Assembly (NCBI RefSeq): GCF_000009045.1
Contig: NC_000964.3
Span: forward strand, 3,570,001-3,602,000
DNA length: 32,000 bases
Origin: Bacillus subtilis subsp. subtilis str. 168
Lineage (GTDB): Bacteria; Bacillota; Bacilli; Bacillales; Bacillaceae
Direction of reading: 5' to 3'
Shown here: one piece after another, positions 31,001-32,000 of the stretch
How positions within the stretch are numbered: position 1 is the stretch's first letter
Layout of the letters: each line of letters starts with the position of its first letter
Notes under the pieces: model-generated
Database searches by the model: none
The model's input: the letters and a program-made list of their open reading frames with translations, nothing else
Told to the model about the DNA's origin: nothing
Position numbers and translations under genes: made by a program

Positions 31001-31912
31001 TGTTCCGTTCAGTGGATACTTATAAAGCACTGATGACAGCCGGCGCAGCGCATGTTTCCGATAATGCGCAACCGAAATGTCCTTTCCTGTATTCGTTGAT
31101 ATCACAACGGCCCGCGGCCTCGTATTGGCCATACCCTCTGTCTCGTCTATCACCGCAAGATTTTTTCCTTCTTTTAGTTGTGTCTGATAATAACGATTGA
31201 AATCCGCTGACGTCAATTCTGGATGCCCGGCAGGCTTCAGCCAGACGACAAACGTTTCGCCGGATGGTATCAAGATCCTTTCATCAGGTCTCCAAATCAG
31301 ATCGGAGTCAGGCCCTTCTTTTGGGTAGCGGTAACGGATATGGTAGTCTTTAAAATCAATCGTTCTGTCAGTCGTATTAAAAATCTCAATAAATTCATAA
31401 CCGTCTGCGCGTCCTATATTCTTCGTATCAACCGCCAGCTCTGTGATCAGAAGCTCCGGAATATGGGCAAGGTCAGCCTGGTATCCTTCAAGCTTCAGTT
31501 TCTTCGTCTCCGACTCAACCCGCTGCTTCCCATTCGACATCACAATGTAATACTCAAGCTCGCTGTTCCAAATCAAACGTTTCGGAATTTGTGCCAAAAA
31601 CTTGCGGACCGCTCCGGGGGTCGGGTCCATCGGCACCATTTTGTAGCCCAGCTCATTACTTTGTTTATAAAAAAGAAAGGCGGAAAATGCTTGATACGAA
31701 TTATCGCGAACTTGAGCCTCAATCATTAGATTGCTTCTCATTTCAGCTTTCACATCAATTTGAGGAGGATTTTCAAGCAAGGGTATGTAATGAGGCGTTT
31801 GAAATAGTTCCTGCTGTACAACAGGAAAAGCTTTCGATTCATGATGGCCGCCAGACAAAACGGAAAGAAAAGACAGTAATATAGAAGCAATAACCGTGTA
31901 TTTCCTCATCAA
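28040..31912 (-). CDS. yvnB: YvnB: very large exported protein (1290 aa) with a lamin-tail-like domain, beta-sandwich-like modules and a calcineurin-like metallophosphoesterase domain
   Basis: Signal peptide MMRKYTVIASILLSFLSVLSGG; LTD-like GYEFIEIFNTTDRTIDFKDYHIRY; metallophosphoesterase motifs SDTQYY, HTGDIVDD, GNHDVG, LSGHYH. Confidence 0.88.
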   Translation of the reverse strand: MMRKYTVIASILLSFLSVLSGGHHESKAFPVVQQELFQTPHYIPLLENPPQIDVKAEMRSNLMIEAQVRDNSYQAFSAFLFYKQSNELGYKMVPMDPTPGAVRKFLAQIPKRLIWNSELEYYIVMSNGKQRVESETKKLKLEGYQADLAHIPELLITELAVDTKNIGRADGYEFIEIFNTTDRTIDFKDYHIRYRYPKEGPDSDLIWRPDERILIPSGETFVVWLKPAGHPELTSADFNRYYQTQLKEGKNLAVIDETEGMANTRPRAVVISTNTGKDISVAHYRKHALRRLSSVLYKYPLNGTAELLNISIGEKNPSPGTVLQAQVPDQKRKIKLDKEKPVIEDLTDRKPVRPAESIELRADIRDRSLVKTVAFYYRTDENKPFKRILAEKDRNDNLFHYIVYSPELIGKDQLEYYVAAGDGINEARTPVKMIDIKQTSKAHGLRMNIENRDTLSGTQFLKATTEGRADSIKLWIDGKKQVTEPAMEKEVYFAFDTRKTNLYFKNAVTMEGKVLKVFDDTTNKYRTYSVPLPETLLRKGKQLQRITIRSGSKVSPFDTAENRDDFLVKNARLVLSDGTVIRDQRVSPEKELFIGDNQRSNKSWQFQFNLPDGLFTSQLLEWDTSKLSEGAHHIQASDGKENVSLVVRVDNSGPHIEPNITEGQTYKGNLILQADMYDKWSRIEEAEASLDGESITLPYHTSSSDLLPGKHSLKVTATDLAGNKTVIERIFKTEREHPDQPEVIDSEADTHKAKLSVRVKDPTNDAMDVGFYRGFQYTARNHVKIFKHASLTEPPKSFVPERETPFTNKELERVSAADGKTVSTENKELFPYHRFEVTVDPSIDENDLAESVWKGSSLPGRKVTMYAWNYRTNEWQPVDSFVAKDDKPFTLKASVIAADFVRESKMNVIVQDEIPPAKDMYTFVWMSDTQYYAESYPHIFDKQTEWIKDNQKQLNIKYVFHTGDIVDDSADIRQWKNADRSMSVLDKSGIPYGVLAGNHDVGHKDGSYRAFGKYFGSDRFDKKFHYGGSYKNNRGHYDLISSNGNDYIMLYMGWGITDEDIAWMNQVLKKHPDRMAILAFHEYLLVSGNRSPIGEKIFKEIVKPNPNVVMVLSGHYHSAMRKTDELDDDGDGKPDRLVHQMLADYQGGPEGGQGYLRLLQFDQANDMVHVSTYSPYVKDKNYYDTDTYGNKDEFSLSLDLKPRIKKVETDYFECNVYTNEELGKREQVKSGDTAEFRWDHLEPQSVYYWYIIVEDSFNGKTKSPIWKFKTKKETYRPAPDQFDFRHVSNP

Positions 31913-32000
31913 AGCACCTCCCTTTTCATGTATTTTGCGTCTGAACAGGGAAGCTTATGAGTTCATTTTTGTGCATAAAGAACAAAAAAACGTCTGTCTC

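Noticed and set aside
31223-31884. Plus-strand ORFs 31223..31729 and 31591..31884 opposite the 5' part of yvnB
   Set aside because: Antisense to a continuous 1290-codon frame with recognisable domains; no independent coding evidence.

Overview
The window matches a Bacillus subtilis-group chromosomal segment, recognised from protein sequence and gene order. From left to right it carries: whiA (partial)-glmR/yvcK-rapZ/yvcJ-yvcI, trxB, cwlO, yvcD, bmrA, the yvcA-yvcB locus plus a small ORF, the complete histidine operon hisZGDBHAFI, yvpB, pelC, yvoF-ppaX-yvoD-lgt-hprK, nagA-nagB-nagR and yvnB. Most of it is well-characterised core genome. I see no rRNA, tRNA, CRISPR array, transposase or integrase. 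The best candidate for an under-described system is the three-gene operon at 9679-12690. It encodes a lipoprotein (YvcA-like), a 636-aa protein with an N-terminal lipase-like region (GHSLA at Ser162) and a long helical C-terminus (YvcB-like), and a 119-aa helical protein. This layout resembles reverse-topology type VII lipase effectors with a lipoprotein immunity protein and small targeting partners. That link is an inference and needs structure prediction and experiments. Other observations are a dyad overlapping the -10 of the probable his promoter, a perfect 10-bp inverted repeat beside it, a WalR-like site and leader upstream of cwlO, a NagR (dre)-like site upstream of nagA, terminators that overlap stop codons, a TPR protein with a C-terminal HTH-like segment, and a giant secreted lamin-tail/metallophosphoesterase protein.
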